DNA of 64,000 nucleotides from a virus, in IMG/VR virus record IMGVR_UViG_3300027987_000382, positions 64,001 to 128,000 of that record; one strand, given 5' to 3'. A program made the position numbers and the translations under genes. Below are positions 10,163 through 19,424 of the stretch, piece by piece (position 1 is the first letter of the stretch; the number at the start of each line of letters is the position of its first letter). The notes under the pieces are model-generated. The model did no database searches, was not told where the DNA came from, and was given only the letters and a program-made list of their open reading frames with translations.

Positions 10163-10844
10163 AATCGATGTCATGCAAGCAAACGAGCTTGTCGAAGCTT
10201 CCGAGCTTGCCTCAAAATACAAAATGCCAGCCCTCATAGTTCACCCGGATCTTGCCTCAGAGGCTCAGATCTATCGCGGTCGGACGAGAGGGAGGTACGC
10301 ACTGATCACGCCAATCGATTGGCCGAAAGGTGAGACGTTCGGGCAGAACAAACTTCGCGGCCTTTCAACTGACGCCCTCGACGCCGATGGTTTCGAGATT
10401 CTGTTGACTGGCGGCAAATCGGTGACAGATACCAGGAACGAGGCCAAATACCTCACAGAATTCCTGAAGCAGCATTTGTCAGAGACAATCGAGGTCAGGT
10501 TCGTCCTCGGCTCTAATATGCGTGATCACCAGAACGTCTTGCAGATGTGTGAAGCACTGCGTGGCGTCAGAACCCCAGCGTATGTCAGAAATGACACACA
10601 GCTCAAGTTGCAGGTTAGCAAGGCTAACCCAGACACTCACAATGCCTTGATGGAAGAAATCCGAAAGATAATCAAGGTTCCGATCAAGCTGAGTGGCAAC
10701 ATCACAGGCGTCAGGGCCATTACTTCATGCAATGATGCATCACGTTTTGCTGTCAATCTTCTGCAGGCCAAAAATGTGGTGAAAGAACTCCAACAGCAGC
10801 CTGAAGAATTACGGCAGCTGTTGGAGAGTCAAGATGCAACATGA
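10134..10844 (+). CDS. DeoC (deoxyribose-phosphate aldolase)-like TIM-barrel protein, divergent
   Basis: ALIVHP, ITPIDWPKG (cf. TVxxFPxG), DADGFE, PIKLSGNI (cf. KASGGIR); start moved to ATG 10134. Confidence 0.55.
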   Translation: MSGAILNRLEIDVMQANELVEASELASKYKMPALIVHPDLASEAQIYRGRTRGRYALITPIDWPKGETFGQNKLRGLSTDALDADGFEILLTGGKSVTDTRNEAKYLTEFLKQHLSETIEVRFVLGSNMRDHQNVLQMCEALRGVRTPAYVRNDTQLKLQVSKANPDTHNALMEEIRKIIKVPIKLSGNITGVRAITSCNDASRFAVNLLQAKNVVKELQQQPEELRQLLESQDAT

Positions 10845-11217
10845 GCATGTGATCTGTCCACATTGCGGTGGCAACATTGGATGGGAATTCGTCCGGGCGG
10901 ACATCGAAACACGATTGTCCGAAGGAATACCGGATGGTCCGTACCATTGTTATCATTGCGACAGGTCATTCACTCTTGTTTCAGACGGGAATTTGACGGT
11001 CGAAAATACTGGTAGAGTTAATCTGAAAGAAAGTCTCCCAGTATTAGAAAAAGGAACGACGGTACTACTAAACAATGAAGAACACCCTTGGCACAACGAA
11101 ATCGCTCTGATCTGTGATCGGAAGCACAAGTTCTACCGTCTGGAAATTCGTGGGAAGAGGCTTTGGGTACCGGAAGAATGGGTAAAAACCGATGAATCAC
11201 TTGCTGACTCAGATTAG
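10834..11217 (+). CDS. Zn-ribbon hypothetical protein
   Basis: CPHC...CYHC pairs plus a short beta-rich C-terminus. Confidence 0.65.
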   Translation: MQHEHVICPHCGGNIGWEFVRADIETRLSEGIPDGPYHCYHCDRSFTLVSDGNLTVENTGRVNLKESLPVLEKGTTVLLNNEEHPWHNEIALICDRKHKFYRLEIRGKRLWVPEEWVKTDESLADSD

Positions 11218-11578
11218 TGAGTTAGGCGAGGATGCTGATCTGCTCACAAGACATGATGATTGGCTTGAGACGCAACGGAATGCCCTACAAGGTGATCTTG
11301 AACAAAAGGCGACTGAACTAAGAGCCGTCCTTCTTGCTCAACGTATCAAAAGACTTCTGCAGCAAAAGAATCTGGTCGCTGTTCAGCACCTGATTCGCAG
11401 CAGCGAAGGCAAGGTCATCGACATCGTCATACGGATCATGAACCTGCCTGACGCACTTCAACATCTCCTCGAGAAGCCAGTCGACACCCTCGACGAAGTC
11501 AATGCCGCAGCTCAAGTCCACGGATGGGACCGAGACGGCTATGACATCCCCGGCTCGCAAGCTCTCCGCTCCGCATAA
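11192..11578 (+). CDS. hypothetical helical protein
   Basis: 128-aa ORF overlapping the upstream gene. Confidence 0.6.
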   Translation: MNHLLTQISELGEDADLLTRHDDWLETQRNALQGDLEQKATELRAVLLAQRIKRLLQQKNLVAVQHLIRSSEGKVIDIVIRIMNLPDALQHLLEKPVDTLDEVNAAAQVHGWDRDGYDIPGSQALRSA

Positions 11579-11656
11579 TTGCGTGTCATCTCCAGCTTCT
11601 GTTCCAGTATTGAACTGGCAGTCGTAGGAGAACCATCACGCCAAAGGAGAGCAGAG

Positions 11657-12826
11657 ATGCAAAGTCGTCGATTCAACGTCGTAACAGACGGCCAATGGGG
11701 TAGCTGTGGCAAGGGCCTCATCACCACCGCCCTCGCCGCTCGATACCGCCCCGAGATCATCTCGACGACAAACATGGCGAACGCCGGGCACACCGCCGTG
11801 CACGAGAACGGCGAAGACAAATTCGTCGCCAAAGCACTCCCATCAGCTGCGATTCTCCGCCAATGGATAGCCGGATACGACCCACACATCGTCGTCGGCT
11901 GCAGTGCGGCATTCACGATCGAGCAAATGCACGACGAAATCCAACTGACCGGATCAAACTACCAGCTCACGATCCACGAAAGAGCTGGTGTCATTACCGA
12001 AGCACACAAGGCCGCAGAAGGTAGCCTCGAGACCGGTACAAAGCACGTTGCCAGCACCATGCAAGGCTGTGGAGCATTCCTTGCCGACAAGATCATGCGA
12101 CGCAAAGATCTCAAGCTCGCTCGAGACTACCCAGAACTCAACAGCCACATGCCAGAGCATCTCGGCAAAAAGATCGACAACATCAACCCGGCAATCAGGG
12201 ACGCGGTCGCCGGAATGAGCCTACCACGTGCTCTCGCCACGCTGATGCACCTGTTCGACATCACAATTCTGCACGAAGGAGCCCAAGGATTCTCGCTGGA
12301 CATCAATCACGGCTCGCACTACCCACAGTGCACAAGTCGTAGCACCACGGCAATGCAGAACTTGGCTGACATGGGATTGAACCACACCCATGTCGGCGAC
12401 ATCTATCTTGTCATCAGACCGTTTCCGATCAGAGTGGGGAACGTCATCGAAGAAGGCAAGACTGTCGGCTACTCTGGTGATTGCTACGACGATCACGAAG
12501 AGACCACCTGGACCGAAGTTGCACAACAATGCAACGCACCGCCAGAAGTGATGCAGGGCGAACTGACCACGGTGACAAAGCGTCTACGACGCGTCTTCAC
12601 CTTCTCTGAAAAACAATTGCGAGAAGCTGTTGCCATCAATGGTGCAACAAAGATCGCCCTCAACTTCGCCAACTACATCGACTGGGCCTGCTACGGCACG
12701 AGTGAATATCGCGAGCTGCCGACGAAGGTCGTAGATTTCATCACTCGCATTGAGGATATCGCCGGTATTCCAGTCACCGTGGTTGGAACCGGTCCACACA
12801 ACGATCACGTCTGCTTCCTGAGTTAA
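11657..12826 (+). CDS. purZ: PurZ-type adenylosuccinate-synthetase homologue (N6-succino-2-amino-dAMP synthase candidate)
   Basis: GQWGSCGKG (Ser where PurA has catalytic Asp), NAGHT, EGAQG, FPIRVG, ELTTVTKRLRR, LNFANY; AAGGAG RBS before ATG 11657. Confidence 0.85.
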   Translation: MQSRRFNVVTDGQWGSCGKGLITTALAARYRPEIISTTNMANAGHTAVHENGEDKFVAKALPSAAILRQWIAGYDPHIVVGCSAAFTIEQMHDEIQLTGSNYQLTIHERAGVITEAHKAAEGSLETGTKHVASTMQGCGAFLADKIMRRKDLKLARDYPELNSHMPEHLGKKIDNINPAIRDAVAGMSLPRALATLMHLFDITILHEGAQGFSLDINHGSHYPQCTSRSTTAMQNLADMGLNHTHVGDIYLVIRPFPIRVGNVIEEGKTVGYSGDCYDDHEETTWTEVAQQCNAPPEVMQGELTTVTKRLRRVFTFSEKQLREAVAINGATKIALNFANYIDWACYGTSEYRELPTKVVDFITRIEDIAGIPVTVVGTGPHNDHVCFLS

Positions 12827-12911
12827 CAATGGCTACTTCCATTGTATATAGTGCGTGTTGGGCTGGCAAAATCCTCACGCATATCGAAACTCCGGGAGTA
12901 TTCGAGGTAGA

Positions 12912-13742
12912 ATGGGTGGAGAAACAGTACAATCTAGAAGTGGGCGAACGAGAGATACGCTCCGAGTCGCCGCTTATCTTGAAGAGGTTGGAGAAGACCC
13001 AGCAACCTCTTGTGGAAACCTATTAGAATTCAGGATTCCGTACGTTGCGTTGAAGCATGTCTGGACCGGGAACGTAGATTCTCTTCCCGACAACGCTTAC
13101 CAGCGGCTCCGCAAAACCATCTCAGAGCATGAGATGACGGTGGTTCTGATCGCTAGCGATCTCGGCAGCGATCCAGCCGATTCCCTCAGTAAAATCGGTG
13201 AATCACGGATCGATCACGTCTTCAATCTCGCCTCCTATTTCAAATCCCCGTTTGTCAGAATTGGTATTGGCACCGAATGTAGCCAGAAATGTGCCACTGC
13301 TATTGACGAATGGATGGCGAAGATCTCCACGAAGGCTATCAAGGCCAACGTGACGCCACTGCTCGAAATCACACACAACACTTATATCAACACGCCAAGT
13401 GGCGTCGCCAATCTACTGCTAAAACACAAGCGGTGGAAAATTCTCTACGATCCTGTCCAATTCATTCTACGACAGAATCAAGATCCGTTTGTGAAATACT
13501 GGACTCTGCTGAAGAACAGCGTTTCGGCTATCGATGTTCGCGATCTGAAGATAGGTAAAGGATTCAAGCCGTCTGGGTTTGGTAATTCCAGGATCGACTT
13601 AACGATTAAGGACGCTATCGGCAGCGGCTACCAGGGCTGGTACATAATGGAGCCGTCCCTCGGAAGGCGTCATGGCGACGCTCTGACGAAAAAGGACACG
13701 TTTAAAATGGCTCTCGACGCCTTTGATGCTATCATAGAATAG
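12912..13742 (+). CDS. xylose-isomerase-like TIM-barrel protein (sugar-phosphate isomerase/epimerase, AP-endonuclease-2 family)
   Basis: AAYLEEVG...VALKHVWTGNV N-terminus; LLE, ILYDP, IDVRD, G.G.ID and YIMEP motifs; GAGG RBS before ATG 12912. Confidence 0.7.
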   Translation: MGGETVQSRSGRTRDTLRVAAYLEEVGEDPATSCGNLLEFRIPYVALKHVWTGNVDSLPDNAYQRLRKTISEHEMTVVLIASDLGSDPADSLSKIGESRIDHVFNLASYFKSPFVRIGIGTECSQKCATAIDEWMAKISTKAIKANVTPLLEITHNTYINTPSGVANLLLKHKRWKILYDPVQFILRQNQDPFVKYWTLLKNSVSAIDVRDLKIGKGFKPSGFGNSRIDLTIKDAIGSGYQGWYIMEPSLGRRHGDALTKKDTFKMALDAFDAIIE

Positions 13743-13783
13743 TAATCAAAGTTATGGCGGGACATAGTACCCTGGAGTGACCC

Positions 13784-13999
13784 ATGGCTGTCAATGTCAA
13801 CGAGGCAATCGTAAAGATCAAAGAGGCCGGTTCATCAAACGTCCGAACCGTGCCGATGCCAGGCCAGAATGTCAATTCTGGCCAATACCAGATCGAAATC
13901 AATCAGGCTGGAACGTGGGTTCCAGTCGCAACGGGGATCAGCAAGAAAATCGCAGAGGACATTATCAGCCAGGCGACCAACAGGGTCATATTGGGATGA
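13784..13999 (+). CDS. hypothetical protein
   Basis: 71 aa, GGAG RBS. Confidence 0.7.
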   Translation: MAVNVNEAIVKIKEAGSSNVRTVPMPGQNVNSGQYQIEINQAGTWVPVATGISKKIAEDIISQATNRVILG

Positions 14000-14009
14000 G
14001 GTACCCAAA

Positions 14010-14459
14010 ATGGCTCGACGAAACAAAGAACGCATTTCGTCGGTCTTGGAGCTTTCCCGCTACAAGGTCGGCGAAACAGTCTGGTGGGTGATCCTTCGGA
14101 ACACAGAACCAGTTCCGGACATCTCTGAAGAAGACCGTTGGATGGAAAGCCACCATCCAAAGGCTCTCTACGAACGTGGTCCATACCAACGCTTGTGGAC
14201 CAGCAAAGCCATGCTTCCGAAGCTGCAGCATATGGACTTCGGGATGATGGTGTCGCTCCTCACCGCAGAATTCAAAGTTGAACCGTTCACCATCGTAGAA
14301 GTCGTTCGCAGCAGAGACACAGCCGAATTCTTCTACTCGAACGCCGATGACGAATGGATGCCAGAATCAAGCCTCTTCTGCACCGACATCGCGGCCCGTC
14401 GTGAACGAAATCGCATTATGAGGCTCATTAAAAAGTGGGCAACCAGCCAGTCCACTTAG
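14010..14459 (+). CDS. hypothetical protein
   Basis: GAGG RBS before ATG 14010; in frame with ORF 13869..14459. Confidence 0.65.
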   Translation: MARRNKERISSVLELSRYKVGETVWWVILRNTEPVPDISEEDRWMESHHPKALYERGPYQRLWTSKAMLPKLQHMDFGMMVSLLTAEFKVEPFTIVEVVRSRDTAEFFYSNADDEWMPESSLFCTDIAARRERNRIMRLIKKWATSQST

Positions 14460-14464
14460 GCGGC

Positions 14465-15154
14465 ATGATGAAGATATACGCCGATGGATCAGATCCAGAC
14501 GAAATGGTGGCATTGACCGAAAACCGCACAATCTCCGGTTTCACCACCAACCCTACCCTCATGCGGAAAGCAGGAATCACCGATTACGAACAATTCGCCA
14601 AACAAGTCCTACAGCGAATCCCGCACCACCCAATCTCATTCGAAGTTTTCGCCGACGACCATTCAGAAATGGAACGGCAAGCACATAAGCTAGCCTCCTT
14701 CGGCGATAACGTGTTCGTTAAAATCCCAATCACCAACACAAAAGGCGAGACGACCACCCACTTGATCAAACGGCTCCTGGACTCAGGAATCAAAGTCAAC
14801 GTCACAGCAGTTCTAAGCAGCCGACAAATTAACGAAGTGACGCACTTCCTAGCGAGCGAAACCAGAGCCATTCTCTCTGTCTTCGCAGGACGAATCGCCG
14901 ATTCAGGTGTCGACCCAAAGCCCCTCATCAAAGAAGCTCTTGGACTAGCAGCTCCCAACGTCGAAGTTCTTTGGGCGAGCTGCAGAGAGATCTACAACGT
15001 GTACGAAGCCGATTCTATCGGTTGTCACATCATCACCGTCCCCAACAATCTGATTCCAAAATTGGCGTTACGTGATAAAGATCTGGATGAATTCTCTCTC
15101 GAGACTGTCAAGATGTTCTACGACGACGCCGAGAGCAGCGGATTCGTTTTATGA
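14465..15154 (+). CDS. tal: transaldolase (small TalC/FSA family)
   Basis: GFTTNPTL, VFVKIP (Schiff-base Lys), VNVTAV, SVFAGRI, LWASCR. Confidence 0.93.
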   Translation: MMKIYADGSDPDEMVALTENRTISGFTTNPTLMRKAGITDYEQFAKQVLQRIPHHPISFEVFADDHSEMERQAHKLASFGDNVFVKIPITNTKGETTTHLIKRLLDSGIKVNVTAVLSSRQINEVTHFLASETRAILSVFAGRIADSGVDPKPLIKEALGLAAPNVEVLWASCREIYNVYEADSIGCHIITVPNNLIPKLALRDKDLDEFSLETVKMFYDDAESSGFVL

Positions 15155-16116
15155 TCCTGACCAGAACGCCATTTCGCATCACCCTTGGTGGCGGCGGCAC
15201 AGACATACCCTCATATTACCAGCACAACGGTGGGCTGGTATTGTCGATGGCGATCGACAAATACGTCTACATCACCCTCAAGCCAGATGCCTTTGAACAT
15301 CTCTGCAAAGTCCGATACTCGGAAATCGAGATCGTCGACAACCTCTCTGATCTGAAAAACACAAGAGCCAGAGAAGCACTCATAGCTCATGATCTCCTAG
15401 CAGTCGAGATCAATACTTGTGCCGATCTCAACCACAGATCTGGCCTCGGCTCATCCGGCTCTTTCCTGGTCGGCCTATTGAAAGCGATCAGAGAGTACAA
15501 GCAACTTGATAGCTCTCCACACACAATAGCCGACGAAGCTTGCACAATTGAAATCGAAAGACTCAATGAACCGGTCGGCAAACAGGATCAATATATTGCT
15601 GCCTTTGGCGGCGTCAAGATTTTGAAGATCTCCAAAAGTGGTTCCGTCGAAGTAAGTCCGCTCGAGATTGATCATGCTGCTCTAATCCAGAACATGCACA
15701 TCTACTCGTTGGGCGTCTACCGCGATGCGTCCAGTGTTCTGGCAACTCAACAGAAGATGGGCGGCACCACCAAACAAACGCTCGACACGATCATGGAGTT
15801 TGGAGAGAGGACGATCGAACTTCTGTCGTCTTCAGAATTCGACGAATATGGCCGTCTACTTGATGCTTATTGGACCGAAAAGAAAAAGCTTTCCAACAAG
15901 GTGTCGATCCCTATCGTAGACAAGATCTACGAAGAGGTAAAGGGATTCGGTGTCCTTGGTGGCAAAATAATTGGTGCTGGCGGAGGAGGGTTCTTGCTGT
16001 TATATATAAATCGAAGGCACGCTGAACTTGAACAATTCATGGCGAGCCGGGGTCTGCGGAGACTGCGGTACGAAGCAGACTTCACAGGCAGCAAGATCCT
16101 AGGAAATTTCTTATGA
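15151..16116 (+). CDS. hddA: GHMP kinase, D-glycero-alpha-D-manno-heptose-7-phosphate kinase-like
   Basis: PFRITLGGGGTD, SGLGSSG, GKQDQY, KIIGAGGGGF. Confidence 0.85.
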   Translation: MILTRTPFRITLGGGGTDIPSYYQHNGGLVLSMAIDKYVYITLKPDAFEHLCKVRYSEIEIVDNLSDLKNTRAREALIAHDLLAVEINTCADLNHRSGLGSSGSFLVGLLKAIREYKQLDSSPHTIADEACTIEIERLNEPVGKQDQYIAAFGGVKILKISKSGSVEVSPLEIDHAALIQNMHIYSLGVYRDASSVLATQQKMGGTTKQTLDTIMEFGERTIELLSSSEFDEYGRLLDAYWTEKKKLSNKVSIPIVDKIYEEVKGFGVLGGKIIGAGGGGFLLLYINRRHAELEQFMASRGLRRLRYEADFTGSKILGNFL

Positions 16117-16997
16117 AGATTCTCGTGACAGGCGGCCGTGGTTTTATCGGCACCCACTTGGTACGAAGATTGACGCAGCAACACTCCGTGCGAGTCATCG
16201 ACAATCTCTCATCAGCCAGCCTACCAAAGGTGCGAGACGTCGAATATCATTGCTACGACATCCGAAATTTCGATGATATCGAACCCTTGTTCGCCGGTGT
16301 CGACGGCGTCTTTCACCTCGCGGCAGAGGCAAGAATCCAAGCAGCAATCGACGATCCAAGAAACACCGCCGAAATTAATATCCTCGGCACCGTCAACGTT
16401 CTGGAAGCGTGCAGGATCAACAATGTCCCAAGAATTATCAATTCAAGCACCTCGGCGATTTACGGTCTAACCGATCAATTTCCAACTTCTGAAGACGTGA
16501 AACCTGATTGCCTCAACCCGTACGCCTCTAGCAAGCTCGCCGCAGAGGAGATGGTGCGATGTTACTCAAGTCTTTACGGCATCAAGTCTCTCAACCTCAG
16601 ATACTTCAACGTCTTTGGGGAAGAATGTCCCGTCACTGGCCCATACTCGCTCGTCGTCGGTCTGTTCTTACAACAACGTAGCAATGGCGAAAGCTTAACC
16701 ATTGTCGGAACCGGCGAGAGCAGGCGTGATTTCGTCCATGTTGGCGATGTTGTCGACGCCAACATCAGAGCAATGAGCTGCAAACTAGAAAAGAGTGGGG
16801 AGCAGGTCAATATTGGCTCTGGGAGTAATATATCGGTTCTGGACGTAGCAAAAGCGATATCGGACAATATGGTCTTCGTCGAACCACGGCCAGGGGAAGC
16901 CAAAGAGACCTTAGCGGACGTATCACGAGCAAAAGAATGGCTAGGCTGGGAGCCGAAAGTCAACCTTTTGGACTGGCTTCAAAGAAGCAGTCATTGA
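16113..16997 (+). CDS. NAD-dependent nucleotide-sugar epimerase/dehydratase
   Basis: TGGRGFIG, HLAA, YASSK, LRYFNVFG, RDFVHV. Confidence 0.92.
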   Translation: MKILVTGGRGFIGTHLVRRLTQQHSVRVIDNLSSASLPKVRDVEYHCYDIRNFDDIEPLFAGVDGVFHLAAEARIQAAIDDPRNTAEINILGTVNVLEACRINNVPRIINSSTSAIYGLTDQFPTSEDVKPDCLNPYASSKLAAEEMVRCYSSLYGIKSLNLRYFNVFGEECPVTGPYSLVVGLFLQQRSNGESLTIVGTGESRRDFVHVGDVVDANIRAMSCKLEKSGEQVNIGSGSNISVLDVAKAISDNMVFVEPRPGEAKETLADVSRAKEWLGWEPKVNLLDWLQRSSH

Positions 16998-17586
16998 TGT
17001 TGGCCATTCCAATAAAGCGATAGCCCTTCTCAGCCATATACTCGATCATCCTCTTCTTGCGGTAATCGAGTGATGAAGTCTCAACTCTGATGAATCTTGG
17101 CGGATTCTTAGCGAAGTCGAGCCCATTCATGGCTTCGTATTCATAGCCTTCCACGTCCAGGGACAAAAGGTCGATACGATCAATACCGTGCTGGTCGATA
17201 ATCGACTGCAGAGTTCTAGCCGGTACGTGAACGACAGTCGGCTTCACCGCTTTCTCCTCAGCGGCCGTCCTCTGATGGACATCGTAATAATCGAGCGGAA
17301 TTGTGATCTGCCCGACAAGACTGTCATCGATCCCTATTTCTGCGAAATTCCCCGGAATTGTTGCTTCGCTATAATCGAAAGCCACTAATGCACAGTGTTC
17401 GAAGATATTCTTGGATGAGCGATTGGCTTGACATTCTGAGAGCCGTTGTTTGTTTGGTTCAATCAGCAATCCATGCCAACCCATCATTTCTAAACGAATA
17501 GTGTTAGATTGGGCGAGGCCGTTATTCGCACCGGCCTCGATGTAGAAACCATTGTTGAAGTCCAGAAATTCATCCATGTAATTCAC
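16960..17586 (-). CDS. FkbM-family methyltransferase
   Basis: FYIEAGANNG, GWHGLLIEP, IDLLSLDVEGYE. Confidence 0.9.
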   Translation of the reverse strand: MNYMDEFLDFNNGFYIEAGANNGLAQSNTIRLEMMGWHGLLIEPNKQRLSECQANRSSKNIFEHCALVAFDYSEATIPGNFAEIGIDDSLVGQITIPLDYYDVHQRTAAEEKAVKPTVVHVPARTLQSIIDQHGIDRIDLLSLDVEGYEYEAMNGLDFAKNPPRFIRVETSSLDYRKKRMIEYMAEKGYRFIGMANINDCFFEASPKG

Positions 17587-18136
17587 ACAACCAGTTAACT
17601 ACGAGATGCCACACGATTCCTTGCCACTCCTCCGCGTGAGGCGTAATTCTTTTTTTCTCAACAATAGGAATCAGAACGCATGTGTCGCCATGGAATCTAG
17701 CATAACCACCATCTCGCGAAACGATCGATAGGATTTTGGCTCGTTGCGATTTCGCATAGTCGATCGCCTCAACGATGTTGTGCGATGTTGTCAACGAGCC
17801 ACCGCCGACAGATAGAACGAACAGAGCGTCGCGTTCATTCATCGACGACGTCTTGAGCCATTGCGAAAAGCTCGTGCTCCAACCATCGTCGTTGATCCTC
17901 GCCGTTAATTCAGCCACATTATCTGTGACGGCGTAGCATTCGATACCGGCGATTTTGCGGAAATCATTAACGGCATGAGAACAGTTAGCAGCACTGCCAC
18001 CGACACCAACAAAGAAAATTCTGCCTTTGTTGTTGCGAATTTCAGCGATTGATGTGACGAGATCACTGATCTGAGAGCGGTCTATCTTTTTGGCGATCTC
18101 GATCACCTCAGATAGATATTGGTCAACGTAAGTCAT
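17570..18136 (-). CDS. gmhA: SIS-domain phosphoheptose isomerase (GmhA-like)
   Basis: GVGGSAANCSH, TARIND, LSVGG, EEWQ. Confidence 0.8.
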   Translation of the reverse strand: MTYVDQYLSEVIEIAKKIDRSQISDLVTSIAEIRNNKGRIFFVGVGGSAANCSHAVNDFRKIAGIECYAVTDNVAELTARINDDGWSTSFSQWLKTSSMNERDALFVLSVGGGSLTTSHNIVEAIDYAKSQRAKILSIVSRDGGYARFHGDTCVLIPIVEKKRITPHAEEWQGIVWHLVVNWLCELHG

Positions 18137-18756
18137 TTTTTCAACATCACATGGAAACTGTCGCCATACCGAACTTTATTCTTGAACGGCAGGTCGGTTA
18201 TTACGGAAAAGTGCTCTGGGAGTAGGACATTGAACCAGACATCCTTCGGATATACCGACTGATGCAGAACATGGCCTTCGACCACGTCTGGGATCGGGGC
18301 GATACTGGCACAAAAGATCGCGTCGTCCGCCATGTGCTTTTTGATATTGTCGAAGAACGGTCGCAAATCGTGCGAGGCGATGTGTTCCACGACCTCCCAG
18401 GAAGTGACCAGATCGAAAAGAATCTGGTTTCCTTCGTCATCAACGATCTGGTATGGCTTGGTGGCGTCACACGTGAAAAGGCAAACGTTGTGGAACTGCG
18501 GCCAATTGGCACGAGCATGTTTCACGCTGTAGTCGCTTCCTTCGATTCCAACGGCCATGTGGCCTCTATTGTTGAAGTCGATGGTCAGTTGCCCGCCAGA
18601 ACACCCAACATCCAACGTCTTGATCTTCCTGCCGCCGAACCATTCCTCGATCTCACGGATGAAACCGGGGTCCGTGGTGTTGTCGCGTTTCGTTCCCCAA
18701 GGGAAGATGTGGTCCGGTGAATCATAAGCTACCGGATGATCTGTAATGACTTTCAT
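18133..18756 (-). CDS. class I SAM-dependent methyltransferase
   Basis: LDVGCSGG, FDLVTSWEVVEH. Confidence 0.88.
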   Translation of the reverse strand: MKVITDHPVAYDSPDHIFPWGTKRDNTTDPGFIREIEEWFGGRKIKTLDVGCSGGQLTIDFNNRGHMAVGIEGSDYSVKHARANWPQFHNVCLFTCDATKPYQIVDDEGNQILFDLVTSWEVVEHIASHDLRPFFDNIKKHMADDAIFCASIAPIPDVVEGHVLHQSVYPKDVWFNVLLPEHFSVITDLPFKNKVRYGDSFHVMLKK

Positions 18757-19424
18757 TGGATCAGGAACCCTACTTGAGAATAATGTTCGTGAATTTGATA
18801 TGAAAGAGGCTTCGCCTTTAATCCGGTTTCAATCAAGAACTCGGCGAAAGCTTTCACCTCATGTTCTCGATCTCTGTTATGAGGATAACCGCACCAATCA
18901 TCAAAGCACATTACCGTGCCAGGTACGATCTTGTCGAAAAAGGCCCCAAGGATCGTCTTACAAGAGCTGTAAAGATCCGAGTCGATGTGCATAAATGCCA
19001 CAAGCTCAGAATGTTCTTTCACGAACTGAGGAAGCGTATCCTCAAACCAGCCCTTGACGAACCTGACATTCTTCGGCCAGTCTTCCCACACTTTGCCGTG
19101 GATCACGTTCTCACCTCGGAAGATTCGTTCTGGAATCTTGCCACCAAGCGAGAACGTTCCCTTCGGATTTGTCGGAGTCCAATCCTCTGGTAGCCCTTCG
19201 AAACTGTCAAATCCGTAAATCGTCTTGTCGGGATTGCAGTTGGCGATCGTCCCCAGTGATTTACCCTGGAAAACCCCGAATTCCATCCACAAGCCGTTCA
19301 ACTTGACGTGCTTGAAGCAGTGGCTGAAATGAGTCCTGTTGCAATCGCCGTGGATATGCGGGAATTTCGGTTCCGATTTCTCCAAATCGGCCAGTAATTC
19401 GTCTATTTTCTCATTGATGTCCAT
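18753..19424 (-). CDS. TylF/MycF-family O-methyltransferase
   Basis: EFGVFQG, GFDSFEGLPE, KGWFEDTLP, HIDSDLYSS, FDD; start moved to ATG 19424. Confidence 0.88.
   Translation of the reverse strand: MDINEKIDELLADLEKSEPKFPHIHGDCNRTHFSHCFKHVKLNGLWMEFGVFQGKSLGTIANCNPDKTIYGFDSFEGLPEDWTPTNPKGTFSLGGKIPERIFRGENVIHGKVWEDWPKNVRFVKGWFEDTLPQFVKEHSELVAFMHIDSDLYSSCKTILGAFFDKIVPGTVMCFDDWCGYPHNRDREHEVKAFAEFLIETGLKAKPLSYQIHEHYSQVGFLIQ

Noticed and set aside
11657-12826. Annotation as ordinary purA
   Set aside because: It lacks the GDEGKG Asp and the TKxD motif; PurZ-type residues are present instead.
12829-13026. 65-aa ORF right after purZ, or a programmed frameshift into the TIM-barrel gene
   Set aside because: It overlaps the RBS-supported gene at 12912 by 115 bp and no canonical slippery heptamer is visible; left unannotated.
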